Virus record (IMG/VR): IMGVR_UViG_3300000117_000018
DNA from: an uncultured virus (IMG/VR IMGVR_UViG_3300000117_000018)
Taxonomy: Duplodnaviria; Heunggongvirae; Uroviricota; Caudoviricetes
DNA length: 64,000 bases
Reading direction: 5' to 3' (one strand)
The first letter of the stretch is position 1. The number at the start of each line of letters is the position of its first letter. The translations under genes and the position numbers were made by a program. The notes under the pieces were generated by a model. That model did not search any database, was not told where the DNA came from, and saw only the letters and a program-made list of their open reading frames with translations. This document shows, piece after piece, positions 56,275 through 64,000 of this stretch.

Positions 56275-56565
56275 ATGGCAAACCAACAGTCAAACACGAT
56301 TCGCTTGGATCGTATTGAAGAAAAAATTGATCGATTAACCGATGCCATGGTATCTATTGCCCGCGCTGAGGAGAAAATAAACGGATTGCAAGACGATCAT
56401 GATAAGATGTACGAGCGCATCAATAAATTATCTGTTAAATTAGATGAGATAAGCTCAAAGGTAGACGAAAATTCGAGGACAGTGGAATTCATCCACAAGC
56501 TGTTCTGGGTCTGTATTGTATCCATTGCTGGAGCAATCGCCGCAAATGTATGGATGATTAACTAG
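56275..56565 (+). CDS. Coiled-coil protein with C-terminal transmembrane helix
   Basis: RLDRIEEKIDRL heptads; LFWVCIVSIAGAIAANVW. Confidence 0.65.
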   Translation: MANQQSNTIRLDRIEEKIDRLTDAMVSIARAEEKINGLQDDHDKMYERINKLSVKLDEISSKVDENSRTVEFIHKLFWVCIVSIAGAIAANVWMIN

Positions 56566-56575
56566 GAGAAGCCAA

Positions 56576-57292
56576 ATGTCATTAGACAAAGAACTTATGG
56601 ATGTGGCTCAGGCTTATCTGAGCATGCATGAAAAAACTAAAACTGAGGATGCATCTAACGATAAATCCGATGATGGAGACGGTATGGATAAAGTAGATCC
56701 TAAAGCTGTCAAAAAGAAATTCAAGGATCGTAAAGACAAAGACATCGACAATGATGGTGATGAAGACGATTCAGATGAGTATCTTCACAAGAGGCGTCAA
56801 GCCATTTCTAAAAATGAAGGCAAGCGTGGGTTTATATTAGCTGCTAAGAAAGCTAAAGACGCTGGTGAAAAAGAGTTTGTATTTGCAGGTAAGAAATATA
56901 ACTGCGAAGATGCTCTTAAAACAGAAGCTGTTGAAATCGAAGTAGATGATAAATCAGATGCTTCACCAGAAATGGATAAGAAAGACGATCCTAAAAAGAA
57001 AAAGAAAAAAGACCCTAAAGTATCTAAAGCCAAAGACGATGATGAAGACGAAGCAACTGCCACTGAGCAAAAAGAAGGTGTTGATACTTCTCCTGCTGGC
57101 GATAGTCCACCTGCAAAACGTGCATCAGTTCGTGATAAAGGCGTACTAGATATGTTACGTAGTAAAACTGCAGAAAAACGTCGTGATGAAGATAAACAAG
57201 ACGGAACTAATGCAGTTAAGGCCGCTCCAACACGGCCGGGTGATTCCAAAGTTGGAGAAAAACAAATGAAAAAATTTAAGGAAATGAGGTAA
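56576..57292 (+). CDS. Highly charged low-complexity protein
   Basis: SD AGGAG; DKDIDNDGDEDDSDEYLHKRR. Confidence 0.65.
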   Translation: MSLDKELMDVAQAYLSMHEKTKTEDASNDKSDDGDGMDKVDPKAVKKKFKDRKDKDIDNDGDEDDSDEYLHKRRQAISKNEGKRGFILAAKKAKDAGEKEFVFAGKKYNCEDALKTEAVEIEVDDKSDASPEMDKKDDPKKKKKKDPKVSKAKDDDEDEATATEQKEGVDTSPAGDSPPAKRASVRDKGVLDMLRSKTAEKRRDEDKQDGTNAVKAAPTRPGDSKVGEKQMKKFKEMR

Positions 57293-57295
57293 ATT

Positions 57296-57601
57296 ATGGT
57301 AAACAAACCAGGTTGGCTTGAAGAAGCTATTGCAAAACCCGATGGATATTACACTGTTGACGGTGAAAAACTAAAGGGTGTTATGTTAACTCCACAGCAA
57401 GTAGATGAATGGAACGGGACAACAGCACCAGCTGCAGATCCAGAACCAGAAATGCTAGTTGAAGCTCCTACAGCAGCGGCAGATCTAAACGAAATGTCAA
57501 AGCGTGAGCTTGAAGAACTTGGCCGTGAGCATGGTGTTGAACTTGATCGTAGAGAGTCAAAATCTAAACTAGTTGCAAAAATGAAAAAACTGGTTGAGTA
57601 G
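57296..57601 (+). CDS. Hypothetical protein with C-terminal HeH/Rho-N-like motif
   Basis: LNEMSKRELEELGREHGVELDRR..KSKLV. Confidence 0.6.
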   Translation: MVNKPGWLEEAIAKPDGYYTVDGEKLKGVMLTPQQVDEWNGTTAPAADPEPEMLVEAPTAAADLNEMSKRELEELGREHGVELDRRESKSKLVAKMKKLVE

Positions 57602-57602
57602 T

Positions 57603-57647
57603 CATCTAGGTTAATAAATAGACTTATATAAGTTTATAACCTAGGTG
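57603..57647 (+). promoter_or_regulatory. Hairpin containing a late-promoter-like ATAAATA and covering the SD of 57655
   Basis: CATCTAGGTTA...TAACCTAGGTG arms; ATAAATA at 57614-57620. Confidence 0.55.
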
Positions 57648-57654
57648 AAAAAGA

Positions 57655-58023
57655 ATGAAAATATTTGAAGAGTTGAACGATGATAACTGGATGATGTATG
57701 CATCTAAGTATTATAAAAACGTTCAATGTACAAGCGTAGAAGAATTTTATGATGATCTACAGAGGTTTAAGTATCTTAAAAGATTATTCAAAAGATACTT
57801 GAATAATGATGATTTGCAAGAGAGGTTAATACTAAATCATATTATTGTACTCAATAATGTATTTGGTATTGAAGAGGCCAATAAGATGCTCTTCTATAAA
57901 ATAGATAAGGATCAATGGCCTATTCTTAAAACCTTTCTAGTGTATCTAAACTTTTTAAGTGAAGATGCATATGTAGAGATTCCGTTAGATCAAAATATAA
58001 TAAAGGTATTAAGGGCAATCTAA
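57655..58023 (+). CDS. Conserved T4-like hypothetical protein
   Basis: EEFYDDLQRFKYLKRL, ERLILNHIIVL.NVFG. Confidence 0.75.
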   Translation: MKIFEELNDDNWMMYASKYYKNVQCTSVEEFYDDLQRFKYLKRLFKRYLNNDDLQERLILNHIIVLNNVFGIEEANKMLFYKIDKDQWPILKTFLVYLNFLSEDAYVEIPLDQNIIKVLRAI

Positions 58024-58611
58024 ATGGGTATTATATCAAGAGCAGCTGATTTATACTACACATATAAGTTTCTTAAAACTCTAGTCACAGACTGGGAGGA
58101 CATGGAAGCTTATAAGTTGGGTGTAATTGATGACAATGGTAAATTCCTATTGAAAGGTAAACAACTAACGTCTGATCAAAAAGATGCCTTTACTGTCTTT
58201 CATCGCTTGGTCTTCAATCTCAAACGTATTATGCAAAAAGTACCGTTTGGTAAATCTAAACTTGCTTCATATGCAGCAGCTCTCTTTCTATTAAGAGAAC
58301 ATACTGGCATGTCTGAAGAGCAAATTGCAAAAGCTCTTGATGAAGCTGGTGTTGATATAGATTCCTTTCTTCCAGAAGAAACACAATGGAATGTACAGCC
58401 TGATAAATCATTATCACCTGGTGTGTATGTCTTAGAACAAGACATGGCTTCTCCTAGTACAGGTGATATGATTTATCGTAAAGGAACTAAAATAACTGTT
58501 GCAGAAAACACAAAACCTTGTGGTTCTGTGTTTGGAGAACTTATATATAATATCAGACATGTTGATACAAAGACTAATTTATACGTAACAGCATCGGATA
58601 TACTAAGATGA
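58024..58611 (+). CDS. Conserved T4-like hypothetical protein
   Basis: AYKLGVIDDNG, FHRLVFNLKR, SYAAALFLLRE. Confidence 0.75.
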   Translation: MGIISRAADLYYTYKFLKTLVTDWEDMEAYKLGVIDDNGKFLLKGKQLTSDQKDAFTVFHRLVFNLKRIMQKVPFGKSKLASYAAALFLLREHTGMSEEQIAKALDEAGVDIDSFLPEETQWNVQPDKSLSPGVYVLEQDMASPSTGDMIYRKGTKITVAENTKPCGSVFGELIYNIRHVDTKTNLYVTASDILR

Positions 58612-58871
58612 AAAAATTTAATGCATGGATAGAAGAAGGCGGTCTCTGGGATAATATACGTAAGCGTAGAGAATCTGGAAAGAGAATGCGTAAAAAAGGC
58701 GAAAAAGGTGCGCCTACTGCAGATGCAATAAAATCCGCGCAAAAAGAAGACGCACCAGCTAATGCAATTGCACATGGCGGTGTTGATATGAACCCAACGG
58801 GAAAACCTCGTAAGATGGATAAAAGAATGAAGTATCATCCTGAGAAAGTTTACCGTAGATCGAGAGGATAA
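58608..58871 (+). CDS. Small basic protein, candidate capsid-internal
   Basis: MKKFNAWIEE leader; GLWDNIRKRR. Confidence 0.6.
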   Translation: MKKFNAWIEEGGLWDNIRKRRESGKRMRKKGEKGAPTADAIKSAQKEDAPANAIAHGGVDMNPTGKPRKMDKRMKYHPEKVYRRSRG

Positions 58872-58872
58872 T

Positions 58873-59337
58873 ATGCTATCAATTTTAGGATCTTTGCTAG
58901 GCTTTGCGGGTTCTGCCGCGCCAGCAGTTATGGATCATTTTAAGACAAAGCAGAACAATGCATTAGAATTAGATAAGATGCGTTTACACGCAGAGCTCCG
59001 TAAAGAGGGCTACGACTATGATATGAAGATGTTTGATAAACAAGCTGCAGACAACGAGCACCAGCGATTAATCGAACATGATATATCAATCAATAAATCA
59101 ACAGGCATTATTGCTGGTCTACAGAAGTCTGTACGTCCAGTTATTACATATGCTTTCTTTGGTTTATTTGCTACTATTGAAGTAACATTGTTAATGAATG
59201 CTATAGAAAATGGTACTCCATTTAATGAAGCTGTGACATTACTATGGGATGACGATACTAAAGCTATTTTTGCTGCTATTATCTCATTCTGGTTTGGTTC
59301 GCGTGCTATCGATAAAGCTCGTTCAAGTCAAAAATAA
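58873..59337 (+). CDS. Membrane protein, holin-like
   Basis: Hydrophobic N-terminus, SVRPVITY, AIISFWFGSR. Confidence 0.6.
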   Translation: MLSILGSLLGFAGSAAPAVMDHFKTKQNNALELDKMRLHAELRKEGYDYDMKMFDKQAADNEHQRLIEHDISINKSTGIIAGLQKSVRPVITYAFFGLFATIEVTLLMNAIENGTPFNEAVTLLWDDDTKAIFAAIISFWFGSRAIDKARSSQK

Positions 59338-59340
59338 ACC

Positions 59341-59369
59341 TTTACAATTTAACTTATTTGTGATATAAT
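59341..59369 (+). promoter_or_regulatory. Early promoter for nrdA
   Basis: TTTACA-17-TATAAT. Confidence 0.8.
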
Positions 59370-59400
59370 ATATCTACAAAATGAGATAACGGAGTAGTCA

Positions 59401-61689
59401 ATGAATAATCAGATTATGGTAATAAAACGTAATGGACGAGGCAAAGAACCCTTTGACCTAGAAAAAGTCCATAAAGTTTTGGAGTGGGCCACTGACGAGA
59501 TATCGGGAGTATCAATCAGTGAGATAGAATTAAGATCTAATATTCAGTTGTATGATGGTATAAAAGCTTATGATATTCATGAGCTTCTTATTAAATCAGC
59601 GGCTGAACTTATTAGTGAAGCAACTCCCAATTATCAATATGTAGCAGCTAGACTTATTAACTATAAACTACGTAAAGAAGTGTATGGTCAATTTGAGCCT
59701 TGGTTGTTTAGTCATATTGTAGAAAAGAATATTGAAAGAGGTGTATATGACGCTGATTTTCTTAATAAGTTTAACGATGAAGATCTACAAAAGCTAGAAT
59801 CGTTCATCAATCACAGCCGCGATAATGACTTCACTTATGTGGGCATGGAGCAATTTCGTAGCAAATACCTAGTCCAAGACCGTAACACTAAAAAATGTTA
59901 TGAAACTCCACAAGTATTATATATGATGATTGCAGCAACTCTGTTTGCAGACTACGGCAAGGATCGAATGAAGTGGATAAAAGACTACTATGACGCTATT
60001 TCTCAATTTTATATTTCATTACCTACTCCCATTATGGCAGGTCTACGTACCGAAACGAGGCAATTCTCGTCCTGCGTTCTTATTGAGGCCGGTGATTCTC
60101 TTGATTCAATTAATTCAACAAGTACTTCAATTGTTCGTTACATTTCAAAGAAAGCTGGTATTGGCATTGGTTCTGGTTCTATTCGTGCTCTTGGTAGCCG
60201 TATACGTGACGGTGGGATCGTTCACACTGGGCTTATTCCCTTTCTAAAATACTTTCAAGCAGCCGTTAAATCCTGCTCTCAAGGTGGAGTAAGAGGTGGT
60301 GCTGCTACAGTGTATTTCCCATTGTGGCATCTAGAGTTTGAAAATCTTGTTGTATTGAAAAACAATAAGGGAACCGAAGAAACTCGTGTAAGGCAAATGG
60401 ACTATGGGTTTCAATTAAACAAGCTTATGTATGAGCGTCTATTGAGTGGTGGTAATATTACGTTCTTCTCACCAAGTGATGTTCCTGGCTTGTACGATGC
60501 TTTCTATGCTGATCAAGATGAATTCAAACGTCTTTATGAGATGTATGAAAAAGACGATTCTATTCGTAAATCATCTATTCCGGCTATGGAAGTATTTTCT
60601 CAACTAATTACAGAACGTAAAGATACTGGTAGAATTTACATTATGAATGTTGATCATGCGAATGATCATGGGTCATTTATCCCTGAAAATGCACCTATTC
60701 GCATGAGCAATCTCTGCTGTGAAATTGATCTACCAACAAAGCCTTTATCATCAGCCGACGATGAAGAAGGTGAAATATCATTATGTACTTTATCAGCTAT
60801 AAACTGGGGACTAATAAATGAACCAAAAGAATTCCAAAAGTACTGCACTCTTGCAGTACGTGCTCTTGATTCGCTCTTGGATTATCAAGATTATCCGGTG
60901 GCGGCAGCTTATCGAAGCACTATGGACCGGCGCCCTCTGGGTGTTGGCATCATTAACTTGGCATACTTTTTGGCTAAAAGAGGACTTAAATATGATCAAA
61001 ACTCGCTTAACACAATTGATGAATATGCTGAAGCATGGAGTTACTACCTTATTCAAGCTAGTGTGGAACTTGCTGAAGAGCGTGGCTCGTGTCTTAAAAG
61101 CACTGATACCAAATATCATCAAGGTTTATTTCCAAAAGATACTTACAAAACGGAAGTAAATGAACTGGTAAAACACAAAGAACGTATGCCATGGAAGTCA
61201 CTTAAAAAGAAAGTGCTTCAATATGGCATACGTAACTCTACACTAATGGCATTAATGCCAGCTGAAACTTCAGCTCAGATATCTAATTCAACTAATGGTA
61301 TTGAACCACCTCGTGCTTTGGTATCATATAAACAATCTAAAGATGGTGTGATGGCTCAGGTAGTACCTGGTTATCATCACTTAAAGAATAAATACGATCT
61401 GTTATGGGATCAACCTAATCCATCGGGTTATCTTCAGATCATGGCTGTCTTACAGAAATATATAGACCAAGGTATTTCAGTCAATACGTCATATAATCCT
61501 GAAAAATTCGAAGACAATAAAGTACCTATGTCTCAGATGATTACGGATCTAGTGACGTTCTATAAGTATGGTGGAAAGCAATTATATTATAACAACACAT
61601 ATGATGGATCAGGTGAAATGACAGATGCTCATGTAGATCTACCAAGCGAATTCGAAGACGACGAAAATTGCGACAGCTGTGTTATTTAG
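59401..61689 (+). CDS. nrdA: Ribonucleotide reductase class Ia alpha subunit
   Basis: ATP cone VIKRNG, SSCVLI, SNLCCEI, MPAETS, C-terminal CDSC. Confidence 0.97.
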   Translation: MNNQIMVIKRNGRGKEPFDLEKVHKVLEWATDEISGVSISEIELRSNIQLYDGIKAYDIHELLIKSAAELISEATPNYQYVAARLINYKLRKEVYGQFEPWLFSHIVEKNIERGVYDADFLNKFNDEDLQKLESFINHSRDNDFTYVGMEQFRSKYLVQDRNTKKCYETPQVLYMMIAATLFADYGKDRMKWIKDYYDAISQFYISLPTPIMAGLRTETRQFSSCVLIEAGDSLDSINSTSTSIVRYISKKAGIGIGSGSIRALGSRIRDGGIVHTGLIPFLKYFQAAVKSCSQGGVRGGAATVYFPLWHLEFENLVVLKNNKGTEETRVRQMDYGFQLNKLMYERLLSGGNITFFSPSDVPGLYDAFYADQDEFKRLYEMYEKDDSIRKSSIPAMEVFSQLITERKDTGRIYIMNVDHANDHGSFIPENAPIRMSNLCCEIDLPTKPLSSADDEEGEISLCTLSAINWGLINEPKEFQKYCTLAVRALDSLLDYQDYPVAAAYRSTMDRRPLGVGIINLAYFLAKRGLKYDQNSLNTIDEYAEAWSYYLIQASVELAEERGSCLKSTDTKYHQGLFPKDTYKTEVNELVKHKERMPWKSLKKKVLQYGIRNSTLMALMPAETSAQISNSTNGIEPPRALVSYKQSKDGVMAQVVPGYHHLKNKYDLLWDQPNPSGYLQIMAVLQKYIDQGISVNTSYNPEKFEDNKVPMSQMITDLVTFYKYGGKQLYYNNTYDGSGEMTDAHVDLPSEFEDDENCDSCVI

Positions 61690-61701
61690 AAAGGAAATCA
61701 A

Positions 61702-62823
61702 ATGTCAGTATTCAAACAAAAAACTAAATCCCATATAGAGTCACAAATGTTCTTCGATGAAGGAGTTGATGTTGCACGATACGATATGCTAAAATATCCG
61801 CAATTGGATAAGATTACAGATAAGATGCTAGGATTCTTTTGGCGTCCAGAAGAAGTGGATGTATCTAAAGACCGTAGTGACTTTGCAAATCTTACAGTAC
61901 ATGAAAAGCATATCTTTACATCAAACCTTAAACGTCAAATCCTATTGGATTCTGTCCAAGGTCGTGGTCCAACTGAAACATTAATGCCTATTGCATCTCT
62001 TCCAGAGATTGAGCCATTAGTACAGACTTGGGCCTTTATGGAAACAATCCATAGCCGTTCATATACACATATTATTCGTAATGTATATCCTAATCCATCT
62101 ATTGTATTTGATAAGATGTTGGATATTAACGAAATTGCTGATTGCGCAAAGGATATTTCTAAGTACTATGATGAGTGTATTGACTATTGTAAATGGTGGT
62201 CTTTGTTGGGTGAAGGTATTCATACTGTAAATGGTGACAAGTTTCAGATTGATAAATTAGAAATGAAACGTAAACTATGGATGGCACTTAACTCAATTAA
62301 TGTATTAGAAGGCGTAAGGTTCTATGTGTCCTTTGCTTGTTCTTGGGCATTTGCTGAGCTTAAACGTATGGAAGGTAATGCTAAGATTATTAAGTTTATT
62401 GCAAGGGATGAGAATACTCACCTAGCAGCAAGTCAAACTATTCTTAAGACTTTGCCTAAAGAAGATCCTGACTTTGCAGCAATTAAAGAGGAAATGGAAC
62501 CACAAGTAACTCAAATGTTTATTGATGCTGTAGATCAAGAGAAAGTATGGGCTGACTATTTGTTTAAAGATGGTTCTATGATTGGCCTTAATGCTAATCT
62601 CCTATATAGCTATATCGAATGGATTGCGGCCAAACGTATGAAAGCACTTGGCATCACTTCACCATATTCTACACCACAGGCAAACCCATTGCCATGGACA
62701 GAAAAATGGATTGCTGGTGGTAATGTACAGGTTGCTCCTCAGGAAACTGAAATTAGTTCATATGTTATTGGTGGTGTAAAACAAGATATGGATAATGAAA
62801 TGCTGAAAGGAATGAGTCTATAA
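61702..62823 (+). CDS. nrdB: Ribonucleotide reductase class Ia beta subunit
   Basis: FFWRPEE, ETIHSRSY, EGVRFY, DENTH, VAPQETE. Confidence 0.97.
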   Translation: MSVFKQKTKSHIESQMFFDEGVDVARYDMLKYPQLDKITDKMLGFFWRPEEVDVSKDRSDFANLTVHEKHIFTSNLKRQILLDSVQGRGPTETLMPIASLPEIEPLVQTWAFMETIHSRSYTHIIRNVYPNPSIVFDKMLDINEIADCAKDISKYYDECIDYCKWWSLLGEGIHTVNGDKFQIDKLEMKRKLWMALNSINVLEGVRFYVSFACSWAFAELKRMEGNAKIIKFIARDENTHLAASQTILKTLPKEDPDFAAIKEEMEPQVTQMFIDAVDQEKVWADYLFKDGSMIGLNANLLYSYIEWIAAKRMKALGITSPYSTPQANPLPWTEKWIAGGNVQVAPQETEISSYVIGGVKQDMDNEMLKGMSL

Positions 62824-63077
62824 TGAAAATAGAATTAATTACTAGACATGAGCCACCTTGTGTCTATTGTGAAAGTGCGAAAGGGTTCTTAGAAACTCGA
62901 AAGCAAGAGTACAAAGAAACTGTTGTTGGTGAAGACATTACAAGAGAACAACTGATGGAACGGTTTCCTACTGCAAGATCTTTCCCTGTTGTGGTGATTA
63001 ATGATAGACCGATTGGAGGGTTTCAACAACTCAAAGATTATTTCTTATCAGCCGCTGTTTCAGGGATGTCACTATGA
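62823..63077 (+). CDS. Glutaredoxin
   Basis: CVYC, RSFP, IGGF. Confidence 0.9.
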   Translation: MKIELITRHEPPCVYCESAKGFLETRKQEYKETVVGEDITREQLMERFPTARSFPVVVINDRPIGGFQQLKDYFLSAAVSGMSL

Positions 63078-63238
63078 ATGATTGTTGGTCTTGCAAAGCA
63101 AAATTCAAAGTAACGTTTGATGATGAAGATCAAACAATAGCATTCTGTCCTGCCTGTGGAGAAGAAATGTTCGAAGAGATAAATATATCTGATGGACATT
63201 TTGTAATTGACGACACAGGCGAAGAAGAGTGGGAATGA
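63074..63238 (+). CDS. Small zinc-ribbon protein (not in ORF track)
   Basis: CWSC...CPACG; ATGA coupling at both ends. Confidence 0.7.
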   Translation: MNDCWSCKAKFKVTFDDEDQTIAFCPACGEEMFEEINISDGHFVIDDTGEEEWE

Positions 63239-63663
63239 ATTGGCTATATAACGATACAGAATACACCGAAACACCAGAAGAATATCATGGCTTTGTATAT
63301 GTCATAACTGAACTAGATACAGGAAAGATGTATGTTGGAAAGAAATTCTTTTGGAAACCTAAAACACTTCCAATTACCAAGACCAGAAAGCGACGAGTTA
63401 AGACACGCGTTGAAAGCGATTGGAAGACTTATTATGGCTCTTCTAAAGAAGTACAAACGTTAGTTGAAGAAAAAGGTGCAGATAACTATAGACGAGATAT
63501 ACTGCATCTATGTAAGACTAAAGGTGAGTGCTCATACCTAGAAGCTAAAGAACAGTTTGACCGAGGAGTTTTACTTTCTGAAGGATACTATAATGAATTT
63601 ATTGGATGTAAAATACATTCTAAGCATATTAAGGGTTTACAAACGATGAAAAGTGTGTTATAA
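63235..63663 (+). CDS. GIY-YIG family endonuclease
   Basis: GFVYVI...MYVGKK, YYGSS, LE, YYN. Confidence 0.75.
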   Translation: MNWLYNDTEYTETPEEYHGFVYVITELDTGKMYVGKKFFWKPKTLPITKTRKRRVKTRVESDWKTYYGSSKEVQTLVEEKGADNYRRDILHLCKTKGECSYLEAKEQFDRGVLLSEGYYNEFIGCKIHSKHIKGLQTMKSVL

Positions 63664-63664
63664 T
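63636..63664 (+). promoter_or_regulatory. Early promoter
   Basis: TTTACA-17-TATAAT. Confidence 0.7.
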
Positions 63665-63673
63665 AATAGTATT

Positions 63674-64000
63674 ATGAAAAAAGATGGCAGCAATATAATT
63701 CCATTTCCAAGATCCTCAGTTGAAAAGATTGAGGGTGTGGAAGAGTATGATTTGGAAACTACATATCATATTGTTGACGTAATCACTGAAGAACTAGAAG
63801 AACTTGGATATGATTTAGATCAAACCCAGAAACGTGATATTGGAGTACTAGCAAATCTATTGTTTGCTTCTTTCCAAAGAAATCACAAAAATAATGAACA
63901 TATATTCCATTACATATTAGATGAATGTGATATTATGATAAAGGCAGCAAAAGAGTACATAGATGCTTTAGATAATCCTGCCGAAACTGATAATGAACTT
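63674..64000 (+). CDS. Hypothetical protein, 3'-truncated
   Basis: MKKDGSNIIPFPR... open to the end of the window. Confidence 0.6.
   Translation, partial: MKKDGSNIIPFPRSSVEKIEGVEEYDLETTYHIVDVITEELEELGYDLDQTQKRDIGVLANLLFASFQRNHKNNEHIFHYILDECDIMIKAAKEYIDALDNPAETDNEL

Noticed and set aside
8048..62823. Introns or inteins in gp17, gp43, gp41, nrdA or nrdB
   Set aside because: All are continuous ORFs of ordinary length with no splicing motifs.
660..63274. Numerous minus-strand and alternate-frame ORFs in the ORF track
   Set aside because: They overlap well-supported + strand genes, lack SD sequences or motifs, and read as shadow frames.
1..64000. CRISPR array or alternative genetic code
   Set aside because: No regularly spaced repeats noticed; core genes are intact in the standard code and use TAA, TAG and TGA as stops.

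Overview
A 64 kb segment of a T4-like (gp23/gp43/gp55-type) myophage genome, AT-rich and coded almost entirely on the + strand. It probably comes from a marine phage of a heterotrophic proteobacterium; this is inferred from the IbpA-like hsp20 with a ROSE-like leader, ThyX, a class Ia RNR and the absence of photosynthesis genes in this window. Gene order: short tail-tip/receptor-binding cassette (1-5011); neck, terminase, tail and head genes gp13-gp23 and gp3 (5063-18061); uvsY, uvsW, gp55, gp47, gp46, thyX; the cobT/cobS-like pair with tRNA-Arg(ACG); gp45, gp44, gp62, regA, hsp20, gp43; a nucleotide/DNA-modification island (about 37.4-46.4 kb); uvsX and gp41; a late cluster of probable capsid-packaged proteins (50.5-58.9 kb); nrdA, nrdB, glutaredoxin and a GIY-YIG nuclease. 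The main finding is the modification island. It combines a T4 gp42-like dCMP hydroxymethylase, a dCMP deaminase, a myo-inositol-1-phosphate synthase, a HAD phosphatase and three candidate DNA-acting transferases: an aGPT-Pplase-like protein, a hybrid of a T4 beta-glucosyltransferase-like N-domain with an SGNH-like domain, and a C5-methyltransferase fold with deviant SAM motifs. All three transferases end in the same L-[DE]-x-F-[FM] clamp-binding-type tail as gp43 and gp55. Together this suggests a replisome-coupled, possibly inositol-based cytosine hypermodification that I do not recognise as described. All family calls come from motif recognition by eye and memory; no searches were run.
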